A stretch of 64,000 nucleotides of DNA from Lama glama (lineage: Eukaryota), in contig CM052839.1 in the NCBI GenBank assembly GCA_028534125.1, positions 6,510,001 to 6,574,000 on the forward strand. Reading direction: 5' to 3'. A program made the position numbers and the translations under genes. How positions within the stretch are numbered: position 1 is the stretch's first letter; the number at the start of each line of letters is the position of its first letter. Below the pieces are notes generated by a model, which did no database searches, was not told the origin of the DNA, and was given only the letters and a program-made list of their open reading frames with translations. Positions 11,501 through 24,000 of this stretch are shown piece by piece.

Positions 11501-14500
11501 NNNNNNNNNNNNNNNNNNNNNNNNNNNNNNNNNNNNNNNNNNNNNNNNNNNNNNNNNNNNNNNNNNNNNNNNNNNNNNNNNNNNNNNNNNNNNNNNNNNN
11601 NNNNNNNNNNNNNNNNNNNNNNNNNNNNNNNNNNNNNNNNNNNNNNNNNNNNNNNNNNNNNNNNNNNNNNNNNNNNNNNNNNNNNNNNNNNNNNNNNNNN
11701 NNNNNNNNNNNNNNNNNNNNNNNNNNNNNNNNNNNNNNNNNNNNNNNNNNNNNNNNNNNNNNNNNNNNNNNNNNNNNNNNNNNNNNNNNNNNNNNNNNNN
11801 NNNNNNNNNNNNNNNNNNNNNNNNNNNNNNNNNNNNNNNNNNNNNNNNNNNNNNNNNNNNNNNNNNNNNNNNNNNNNNNNNNNNNNNNNNNNNNNNNNNN
11901 NTCCTTCTACTCCGCCATCTTGCCCGGAAGTCCGAGTTGGTCCTTTTGGTAAATTTTTTTTGTCTTTTTATCCTTAATTGAATCTTAGGTTCTTTGCTAG
12001 CTGTCTAATCTCTTCTAACACAAACATTCAATATGTTCAAACACATGAATATTCTGTCGGCTTCATCTTCCCAAAGCCCCGTTTGCCAGAGCCTTTGGAG
12101 CTGCTTCAGTCCGGACCTGATGTTCTCTAGGTCTGCTGTGCGGTTGTCGTATTGGAATCAACCTGGGGATTCATTTGCTCTCTTGGTCAGGTCCCGTTCT
12201 TTCTCTTCCATGGCATATTCCTTCATTCTGGTGGCCACATCCTCTAGTAGCCTTCTGAATAAAGATGGGTCAAATAGTTCATTTTTGGAGTGCCTTGCAT
12301 GTGTAAGAATGCTTCTGTTTCGTTCAAGGTTGATGTATGTTGGCTGAGTATTGACTTCTGGGTTAGAAAGAGTTCCCCCAGAATGCTGAAGGCACTGTTC
12401 CCATTGCCTTCTGGCTTCCAGTGTAACTGCTGAATCTTCGTTCTGATTCTTGACCTTTTACATGGAAACTGTATTTTCTCCCTGGAGCTGGGAACTTCTC
12501 TTTCCTTTCAGTGTTGTGAAATTTCATTATGGTGTACTTTTATCCATCATGTATTCATTCAGCCTCTTCCACCTCAGAACTCATAGCCTTCAGTTTGGGG
12601 AAATTATCTTGAATCATAACAGTTGTGATTTCCTCCCCTCCATTTTTTGTGTTCCTTTTTTCTGGAACTCATTATTTGGATTTCAGACCTCCAGGACTGG
12701 TCTTCTGATTTTTCTTCTCTTTTCTTTCCCAGTTTCCATTATTTTGTCTTTTTGCTGTATTTTCTGGGCACTTTAGTCAACTTTTATCTTTGAACATACT
12801 GAGATTTATCTTCCAAAATCTATTGAGCTTTTCTCTTTTTTTAACATTTTTTATTGATTTATAATCATTTTACAATGTTGTGTCAAATTCCAGTGTTCAG
12901 CACAATTTTTCAGTCATTCATGGACATATACACACTCGTTGTCACATTTTTTCTCTGTGAGTTATCATAACATTTTGTGTATATTTCCCTGTGCTATACA
13001 GTGTAATCTTGTTTATCTATTCTACAATTTTGAAATCCCAGTCTATCCCTTTGCTTGAGCTTTTCATTTTGCTGTGATATTTTAATTTGCAAGAGCTTGT
13101 CAAAACTTTCTGAACAGACTTTTTAATAGTAGCATCCTGTTCTTCCGTGATTTGCAGTATTCTTTTTTGTTGTCTAGTGGTGCTGGTGGCCACAAAACCT
13201 TGAGCACACTAAAACCCACCAATTGTACACTTTACATTGTATGGTATGTGAATTATACCTCAGTGAAGCTGGTATTAAAATACTTTTAAAGATATTTCTC
13301 AGACGATATTAATGATAGACTCCTTTTGAAGGAGGTAACAGGGCAGGTAGAAAGGAGAAGAGGAATACTTTGTACCGCTCCTGTGCTTTCAGTATATTCG
13401 GCTCTGTTCCAGCGTTACTTCATCCAGGCAGTGCTCTGTGGGTTTGGTAATATTTGCTCCATCGCTCAGATCAAGAAGCTGAGGCTTATGGAGGCTAAGA
13501 AATGTGTGTAAAGTCACAAAGCCAGTTGGTGACAGAGCAGGATTCAAGCCAAATCCCGTGCTGTTCCCGGTTCCCCAGATGGCCCAACATGGGCTGGGAG
13601 CAAATTACATTATGGTTAAAAGTTAGTGAAAACGGGGCTGTGAAGTGGATAAACCCAGTTAGCTCTGGTGTCCAAAGAGCTTTAAAAGAAAAAGTCCAGC
13701 TAAACCTGAGATGCTACTGTAAGCCAATTCTTTCTAATTCTAGCTTTGTATTTGGTACTTTGTAAACAGTTGAGAAACACTTTTATTCAAGTTGGGTTTA
13801 TTTACAGTGTTGTGTTCAGCTGAAAATTTTTGCAGTGATTGCTTTCTTTTGAAATATTTTGGGGAGAGGGAGATTTCTCTGTTAAAAGAGATGAGATGAT
13901 AAAATTCTGCACGCATGTAGCAATACTTATATACACGCATTCCACAGAGCATTGTAAATTGCTATCTGGAATTTATGTGTTCTTTGAATAATATATATGA
14001 ACTCTTCTCACAACAATAACAACAAAAATCGCTCGTCTTGAGAAGTATCAAAAAAATTATTCAAGATTTGAAACAGACCTGATTTTCTTGCGTCTCTGGT
14101 CTTGTAGGCCTTTGCCCAGTTTGATGCAGAGGGTGATGGTACCGTTGATGCTGAGAACATGTTGGAGGCCCTCAAGAATTCCAGTGGAGCTAATCTTCAG
14201 GGGGAGCTGAGCCACATCATCAGACAACTGCAAGCCTGTTCTCTTGTTCCAGGTAAGGCTGTCATCTGAGTACTGAATTAAACAACGCTCTCTTAGAGCC
14301 CAGATGAATTTGCTGTGATGTGGGTTGTAATGAGGCAGGCTTGTGGGCCCCATGAAATAAACATGCTTGTCTCATAGTCTTCGTTAAGCTCATGATCTGA
14401 ATTAGCGTTCAGTGTAATCATCTCTCTTGTTCCCCAAAACAGTGGGGGTTGAGCAGTTCTCCCGTTCTTAGGAGCCTTTGTCCTGAGACTACCTTCCTTA

Positions 14501-17500
14501 GTGGATCTCTTTATTTTGCTCTCTCAAGAAGTATTCCCTGGATCCAGGTGTATGTTCTCTGAGCATCCTGCGTTTGTTTTTTGCTACATACGACCATTGT
14601 AATTAATTAGCTGGTTATTACTCACTTGCTTCTAAACATCTGTCTTCACTCTTACCCTGTGAGCTCCATGGGGGCAAGGGACCTTCTCTTTTATTTCTGC
14701 TGTGTCCTCACATTTAGTACAATTTTTGGCACATGGTAGGCACCCACTGATTTTAGGAAGCTGTCACTCTGAAATTTAAGCAAGAATAAAAATAGCTTAA
14801 AATTAAGTATTACTTATTCTACATTGTACCTATGAAAAAGCTTTGTCTATGTTTTGGTATGGTTTCTTTGGGGAGCTCAGAAACAGTATCAAAATTACCC
14901 TCTTTTTTTCTCCTAGTGAAAAAACAGTTGAATTTGAAAGGAAAAAAAAAAAACTTGTGTATCATTCTTTTGGTTCAGTTTATCTTATCTGAGAGTTTTT
15001 CCTGATCTGTGCACTTGGTGTCATAATACTTGAGCTAGGGCAGCAAGACGGCAGATAGACTTGATAAATACATAAATGTAACTCTGATTGTCCTTGACCT
15101 CTCTGGCTTCTTGCTGAGGATGTATTGAGCTAGGGAAGGATGGTTTCTCTAGCTTAATAAAGAATGCCGATTTCCACCCTTCCTCAAATTGTCTTTAATT
15201 ATGTAATTTTGTTGTTGTTGTTGTTAATGGAGGTACTGGGGATTGAACCTAGGACCTTGTGTATGCTAAGCATATGCTCTACCACTGAGCTTTACCCCCC
15301 ACCCCCTAATTGTGTAATTTTTATAGGCTGCCTGTACATGTTAATTTTTCTCCTGGTCTAATGACAGTTAAAATTATGCTTTGAATTATGCTTAGCTAAC
15401 TTAGGTCTTGGTTACTCCCGCCTCTGTGTTAACCAGCATGCGGCTAGCATGAGGAGCTTTATTTGGACACCTCAGAGAGATGTTTTGGGAGGAGGGGAAA
15501 GGAGTGGAGACCAGAGAATTCACCACTAGGTAATACTTAGTGCACCGTTGCTCTGGGTGATCCTGCGGAGAGAGACATTTTGTTACAAAAACTGGGGATC
15601 CAGATCCCAAGGTGCTTACCCAGCAGGGTCATGACTTAGGACTTTCTGCTCAAATTTTTTAGCAACAGCTAACTTAAGAGAGTTGTTTTATTGCAGTCCT
15701 CGGGCAAACCTTGGTGAGCTGAGCTCACCTCCCTGGTGGGATCTCAGTTTCCTAGATCCTCTGTCTAACCCAGACTGCCACTTCCTCCTTTTGTGTCTCA
15801 CCGCATGGGTGCTGAATGTTTGAAAGAGAGACAGCACCTTTACCGAACTCACTGCTTATGTCGGCATATGACAAAAGTTTTCCCATTATAAGAATCAGTC
15901 TGTTTTTTCGCACAAGTTCTGGGCCGTTCAGTGCAGCATCAGTAGCCCCATCACGTGAGGTTTGGGTATTACTCTGCGAAGAGAAGAAAAACTGTAAGAG
16001 CAGGACAAGGATGGCACAGACTTCTGAGTCTTGGGAAATCTATGCAGCATCTCCTGGTTTTTGTGTAGGGGCCCAAATCAAAATGGGCTGCTTCAAGTGC
16101 GTAATTTCTCTTCATGTTTATCTTAAAAATCAGTGCGAAGTTTCATTCTGCTTTAACGTAACCTGTTGTTTTACACTTAAGAGCAGTTTCTCCCACGGAC
16201 TTCTAGAGTCTTGCTCTAGGCGCTGCTTGTGTAGGTGTGTTCGGTTTGTGAAAGTTCATCAAGTGATGCGATTATAACATATGTACTTTTTGTTATGTAT
16301 GTGATGGTTAATTAGAGAGTAAAACAAAACCAAAAACAAATCCTCCCCAAATTTACAAGTATATCTGAACTCCACGAAAAGCTGCCACGTTTATTCTCTC
16401 TTCACTTAACCATCTGGATCATGTGCATCTCAGTTCAAAGCATATTATTGTAGGTTCTGAGGAGCCACGTAAGGATTTAAAACAGGACAGACATGCCTGT
16501 TTAGTGTTTTTGTAAGATTACTCAGGTTAATGTCAGACAAAATGCTGCCAGGGGAGCCCCTTAGGATCTCTGGGTGGGTGTATGAACGGGCGGTGTTGAG
16601 GCCAGAGCCTGAGCCGTGGCCAGAGGGATGGACAGATGAGGGAGACTCCGGATGAGCCACACTGGAGAGAAAAGACTGAAATGGGGGAAGGAGCGCTCGG
16701 AGGGAGTGCAAGGGGCTGTTTCCAGTCCTACCCCTTTTTTGTTGTCTTGGTGTGTTCCTTGAACCTCATTTTCCTCAGCTGTAAAACAAGGATACTGGTA
16801 CACTTGGTGCCTTCCCCACCCCCACCCCCACCACCTTGTTGTGAGGACCGAATGAGATGATGTGTGTGGAAGGACCTTATAAACTGTAAAGTGCCATCAG
16901 GAATTGTGGTCAGGGTGATGGTTGTATTATCATTATTGACTTATGTTACTTAGTATAAAAGTTATGCCTTTAGTCTCTCATGTGACAAACTTTATTCCTA
17001 GCCCATATTCTGTATGGAAAACTTCTAGTTAGTATTTAAATTTATAAATTAAACTTATAAAAGTTTAAAGCTTAGATTGAAACAGATCATTTTTCTAAGT
17101 CTGCTAAAATTCTGTTAAACTAAAATGAAATTAATTTTTAAATTGGGATTACTACTGATTCATTTCTTAAAAGCTTCCTTAGATTTTTGAATGATTAAAG
17201 CTGAAAATATCAATAAAGAGTCTTAATGGCTGCTTTTAATTCAGCCAATTCAGATAGGTTGCCAGGCAGGGGATGTGGAAACTATTGTGGTGGGTTCCTG
17301 AAAATACCAAAAATGGATTTTTTTCTCCTTAGGTTTCATAGACATATTTTCAGAGTCCAAGGAGGGCCTGGGTGTTCACTCGTCCATGATTCTGCGCTTC
17401 CTGCATCGCAATCGGCTCTCCAGCACTGTCATCCCCTACCCCCTGCTGGACCACTGCAATAACATGTGTACCATGCGGGCTTCTGTTCTGAAGGAGTCTC

Positions 17501-20500
17501 TGGACCAACTGGTACAAAAAGAAAAGGGTACGTGTGCAGGGGTGGGGGTTCCTGCAAATGCTTGCTCGTCATGTTTTCCAAATGCAGTATTTATTGAAAG
17601 GATGAGCCAACACTTCTCCCTGCTTTTATTTCTGAAAATATAATAGTGATCAGTTTGTAGCATAAGAATGTGATCTGCCCTCCCTCCCCCTCCCCTTCCT
17701 CTCCCCTCCCCCATCCGTCTCCTCCCTCCCCCTCCTCTCTCTTCTCCTCTCCTTCCTCTCCCTCTCAGTCTCTTCTTAACACAACTGGCTTCTCGTCACT
17801 CAGGTCTCTGCTCAGATGTGACTTCAGGGAAGCCTTTCCTCATCACTCTTACCTAATGCCCTCACCCCCACCATTCTCTGTGTAATAGCCTAAATGGCAC
17901 TTATTGTCTGAAATTGTAACAGTATTATTTACTTGGTTTTTGTTTGTCTGGTTTGCTTCATTATCCTTGGTGCCCAGAACTGTGCCTGCCACACAGTAGG
18001 TACTCTGAACAGCTATTTAGTAAATGAAGGAGGGAAACCACTACAGACTCACTCAGCGACCACAACAAAAGTTGATAATGTTTGGCAGATCCGTGGAACA
18101 TAATGGAGTCCAGAAACAGACCCAAGTCCATGTGGGAGTATAGTACTGGATTCCGTTAGCATTACACATCAGGAAGGAAATGGGAATTCACCAACGAGTT
18201 GAGTTAGGGCGACTGGTTAGCCATTTAGAGAAAAAAATAAAACTAGATTTTTAACTTACTACATTCACTGAAATAAATTTCAGATGGATTGAAAAGTTCA
18301 ACCAGAAAGAAAGCTGTAAGTGTGCAAGAAGAAAGTAGTTCCACTTTATAAAAATCTTGACATAGAAAAAAACCTTTCTAAGCAGGACGTGTAACTCAGA
18401 AATGACAAAAGAAAAGATCAATAAGTTAGACTGCATGCAAATGCAAAGTTTTGTATAGCGAAAAAAAAATACCATAAGCAGATTCAAAAGACAAGTAACA
18501 TTTTAGGGAACAAGAGTACATTTTGTAACGTATTGTGACAGACTCAGTTTTTCACTAACTCTGACCTTGGGCAATTACTTAATTGCTTTAGTTTCCTCAT
18601 CTCTAAAATGAATTAATACATAGAAAATGTGTAGAAAAGTGCCTGGTTCACAGTAAACAGTCGATAAATGTTACTTATTATATGGGTATATATACATTAC
18701 ATAGTATGTATAAAATACATAAATTGATATGACTTGTGACCCAGTAAAAAATGGATGAGGGTAGGACCAGGCCATATTCAAAAACACAAGTGGTTTATGA
18801 ACAAGTGTCTTAAAAAAATCTCACTCAAAGAAGTGTAAATTCAAACTGTAAGTCACCATTTTCTTGGCGTAGTTTTACAAATATACCAATGATTGAAGTG
18901 TTGTACTTATAATCAGCTTATGTTTCTCTACGTTGTCATGTTCTCCAATTTGGAAGGAGACTTTAGGGAGCATTTCTTTTTCTAGGGCCAAAATATCAAG
19001 CGTATTTCTGTCAGGTATTTTAAATGACTTTTTTTTTCTTTGTGGAAGAGATATCAATTGATAAAATCTGGTTTTTCTTGCAGAAAGCCCTGGAGATCTA
19101 ACTAGAAGCCCAGAGATGGACAAACTGAAGTCAGTAGCAAAGTGCTACGCTTATATAGAAACATCCTCCAACCCTGCAGACATTGACAAGATGACAAATG
19201 GAGAAACGTCATCCTACTGGCAGTCAGATGGCAGCGCTCGCTCACACTGGATTCGGTGGGTGCTGTAATACCAGGTTGTTTTTTTTATTAATTAAACTAT
19301 AGTTGATTTACAGTGTTGTGTTAGTTTCTGGTATATAGCATAGTGATTCACTTATTTTTATATATATGCACACACAGACTATGTATATTCTTTTTTATAT
19401 TCTTTTTCATTATAGGTTATTATAAACTATTGAATACAGTTCTCTGTGCAAATATACCAATTCTTGAGTGAAAAAGTCCAAGAAAATTATATGCTTTCTT
19501 TCTCTTATACGATCAATGTGTTAAAAAATTATTTTTTTAAACTTTAGAATATTTTCTACTTAACTGCCTAGTATTTTTTCTTCTTATGACTATCTATGAA
19601 GGTACTTTAAGAATAAAATAAAAGGAATCATGTAAAATTATGTAACATGGTTCATATTTTCATAAATTTGGATAGTTTCTTTACTTGGTCTTTTAAGGGA
19701 GAGAATTAGCATTTGACTAATATTTTATGATACTGATTTCAGTTCTTTTTCACTAGTTTCTTAGGAAAATTAGTATCACAAGGGGCAAATACTTTTCTTA
19801 TATCTGATATGATTTTACTTTTTAAGATCCTTTCTACACATTTGAAAAATCAGTGTGCAACTAAGTTGACCAGTTTTAGAGGAGCAAGAGGGAATGGGGT
19901 GGTCAGGAATCTTGGAGTGGAATTGATGACAGAAACTGTGATATTTCTAGAAGTTCTGATGCTGCTGTCTAATATGTCACCTGTCCCTTCAGAGAATGGG
20001 CTAATTTCCGTTGGTAGAAGTGGAAATAATTATCTTGTTTTCTCACAGAAGATGAATATGCACTTAAGCCATCTAATTTACAGATGAGAGAATAGACTCA
20101 GTTCTTTGGATGCAGTTTAGAATTTGCTTGTTACCAGGTAAAGGGATTTTGTTAGAATGTTCATATTCTACTTCCTGCCTGCATTAGTAGCTTAAAAGGA
20201 AATATAAGACTGATCTTGAACTGAAAGGAATTTTAGAAACTCGGGGAGGTCATAAGGGCTTTGAAACTAACAGCCAGCATTTCAGGTTAGTTGCTTTAGG
20301 AAACTCAGTCTTTGGGTATGTCACAGACAAGATCTTGGCAATGGAACTTGTGGGCCCTGTCAGTTCTCAGCCTGTATACACATTTGTAGTTTCTGCTCTC
20401 CATGTTTTCCAGTTTAAAGATGAAGCCAGATGTTGTGCTTAGGCACCTGTCCATTGCAGTGGCTGCCACTGACCAGAGCTACATGCCGCAGCAGGTGACG

Positions 20501-21005
20501 GTAGCTGTGGGGAGGAGTGCCGGCGATCTTCAGGAAGTCCGTGATGTGCACATTCCCAGCAACGTCACTGGCTACGTGACCCTGCTGGAGAATGCCAACA
20601 TCAGTCAGCTCTGTGAGTTAACCGAGATGCAGCTCGCCCTTCTGACAAACAGGACTGGGAGGGGAGGAAGGAAGGGATATTTTTTGGCAGGAAGACCTCT
20701 CAAGTAGAGAAGCTGCTTGTCTTTCTTTGGAGATCCAATTTGCTTCTCATGATGTACACGAAAGCGGTCATTATTTCATCTAATCAGTGTTTTTAAAAGT
20801 TATAGAAAAGCAGTAAAGCCTTTTCTAATTAAAAATATTTTATTTTTGTTTTCTTATTAGAAAATTAGAAATGTATAGATAAACAAAAATTACTCAAAAT
20901 CCTACTACCCAGGGATTGTCACTGTGAATCCATTGGTGTGGATCCTTCCAGACCTTTTCTTCTATTTGTGTATTTGTGTGTGTGTATAAATGCACACACA
21001 CTCAC

Positions 21006-21047
<42 letters not shown>

Positions 21048-24000
21048 TAAAATAAAAAATAGGTTTGTGTATGTATATCTACGTATATCTATACATATCA
21101 TTTTGCAAAAACAGTGCTATTTTGTATGTACTTTTTTGTAACTTTTCAACGTGTTGTCCTATCATATATTCATGCACACCTTTATTTAGTGTTGTAAGAA
21201 TAAGCCATAATTCTAACCAGCCTTTTTTATTCTTGGGCATTTAGGTTGTTTCCATTTTTATACTATTATATCCTTGCTTCACACATAGCATTTTGGAAAT
21301 AATCACAATTCTGTGATTTCTTTCCAGGCTTATTTCATTCAGGGAGCCGGAATGCTTCATGTTTTGTCTCATTTCTTCTAATGCTTTCCTGGGCCAAAAG
21401 AAGTGTTCTTACTTTGCTCAGAGGAACTGAGGCCTAGGGAGGTAGAGTGTTTGTGTCTCACCCCTAGGCAAAGAAGTAGTTAAGCTTGTGGAGTAGACGC
21501 TTCCTGTCTTACACTATGGTGGTCTTTTCTCTAAGTTGTGTCTTTCTTAACTTCACCTCCTCCTCTCCAACCCAAATAAGAAATTGTGACAGCCCTTAAC
21601 AGTGAGTCATGCCTATGTCATCTGTTTGGACTTGATTATTAGAAAGAAATTCTCAACTGCTATGAGCCAGCTGCTGTTTTATAACTAATCCAATTTCAGA
21701 ACTATAGGAAAAATTCTAGAAATTTTCTTACCATCTATTTAATCAGGGTTTTTAAAATGTACTTTGTGTTAATTTTCAAGAATCATAAATTTCTAAGAAA
21801 CTTTGTGATGTAAAGATTTAAGCCACCCTTAATTTTGCACATTAATATTCTTATGACTCCTTAGATTAGTCAGTGCTTTTTTTGGACAAGTTTTATTATA
21901 TACTAGCTCCATTGCACACATCATTTACTTCTGGCATCAAAGCATATTTTCAGAATTTTCTTTTTAAAATGCAAATTACTATTTTGCTTTTAGTTGGAAG
22001 CCTAGCATTTGCGGAACTGAAGAAGTTAATCCAATACTGAATTTGTTGTTTGCGCTTGACAGATGTCCAGATTAACATAAAGCGTTGTCTTAGTGATGGA
22101 TGTGACACTAGAATTCATGGTCTGAGGGCTGTTGGCTTTCAGAGAGTTAAGAAGTCTGGGGTCTCAGTCTCAGATGCTTCTGCAATATGGTATTGGTCTC
22201 TGCTGACATCCCTGGTGACGGCTTCCATGGAGACAAATCCTGCCTTTGTCCAGACGGTGCTGCGCAACACTCAGTAAGTCACTCTGCTTTCCAAACCTGT
22301 CAGGGTGCACTGCCCCTCTAACCCTTCAGGGTGAGTCACTGAGCAGCCTTCAATCATCGAGACTCAGTCAGCGGCTCATCCCCAGGTGCCCTGTTGTTTC
22401 ATGTTTGTGCCTTCAGCTCTGGTCTTATGAGGGGGGTCACACTTGCCGTTCATAGTCCTTATCCACTGGGGAATGCTGGCTCACATTTGCATAGCACTTT
22501 ATATTGGATGAAGCACCTTCAGATGTTATATATTACTTACCTACTTACATTGCAAAATGTACCTGTTAAAATTATGCCCATTTTATACATAGACAAGGAT
22601 ATTGTGGCCTTCTCTGAGGTACAGGGGCAGGCAGTGATGGATTGGTTTGAATATAGGTCTTTGGACTGAGGCCCTAGGTTGAGGGTTCTTTTCACTAATG
22701 AGTGAAATCTTTTCAAGGGCACCAAACTGACTTATTTTTAAGTGTAGAACACCTTTAAAAATTCTCTCTTAAGAAACTGTTAGGGCAAAAAGATCCAATA
22801 GTAACATACAAGGCAAAACAGTCAGCTTCAGGAGTAATGAAGCATTAGTATTGTATGTAAGTTTAATAACTGATAATAGGCACTATTCGTGTAGGTTATC
22901 AAAATATCAGATAAGAGATTGCTCATATTTTGTTCTCTAGATGTCTTTTGAGATTTATTATTGCTATTAAATAAAACTTTTAAGCAAATAATGCTGCTGG
23001 CAGTGCTGGATCTGAAGGGTAACATTTCGCCAGACTCCTTTCTTCCTGCCTGTTTTAAAACTAAAAACAAACAAACAAAAAAAATCAAATTTAGAGAAAT
23101 ATTGCAAGTGCAATGCAAAACAAAACAAAACAAAAACAACCCAGCTTCTTCCTGAACCAACTAAGAATAATTTGCCAACCCAATGCCCCATGGTTCCTGA
23201 ATACTTTGTATGTATTTCCTGCAAATAAAAACATTCTACTACAACCATCAAAATCAGGTAATTATCCACTGTTACCATCTAATTCTCAGATACCACTCAC
23301 GTTTTGCAGATTGTCCAGAATCATACTTGGTATTTCATTGTCATGTCTCTGTAGTTTCCTTCAATTCCCCTATCTTTCCTTGACTTTCAAAACTTTAACA
23401 CTTTTGATAATTATACGTCAGTTATTTTGAAAAGTGTCCTTCAATTTTGATTTATCTGAAGTTTCATCATGATCAAATTTAGGTTTTGTGTCTTTAGCAG
23501 GAATATCGTAGAAGTGATGATGGGTTCTCATGCATCCCATCAGGCAACACACAACTTCAGGTTGTCCTGTCACTAGTGCTAGTGATGTTAGCTTTGCCCC
23601 CTTAAAGTGTTGTCTGTTAGACTTTTCCACTGTAAAAGAATTCCTTTTGTAATTAAGAAGTATTTTGTGAGGAGACACTTTGAGACTATGTAAATATCCC
23701 ATTCCTCATCAGTCTTTATAGTGGTATGGGTCATGATCCCTATTTTATTCACTGGGTTATAGTTCTTCACAGTGTTGATGCTCAGACTGGCCCAGATTTG
23801 GCCGATGGGAACCACTTCAGTCTGGTTCATGTGTCCTTTTGACATGTCCTCATTGTCTTGGAGCACTTCCTTACTTTCTAAAATGGCAAGATATTCCAGG
23901 CTTATCTTAAATGTTTCCTGCCATAGTCCTGGAATCAGCAGCCATTTTTCTAAAGAGTCATGGTTGCTTTTACTGGAGAGTTGGGTTTAGAAACTAAACA

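Noticed and set aside
11393-11977. Long ORFs full of X (also at 32174-33118, 52724-53251, 63461-63934)
   Set aside because: Artefacts of translating through N-gaps.
15713-15729. Perfect 8-bp inverted repeat GGTGAGCT-G-AGCTCACC
   Set aside because: One such short palindrome in 64 kb is expected by chance; no recognisable element.
15816-16277. 153-aa ATG ORF in ZZEF1 intron 2
   Set aside because: No recognisable homology or retrocopy hallmarks (poly-A, TSD), and not needed for the ZZEF1 frame.
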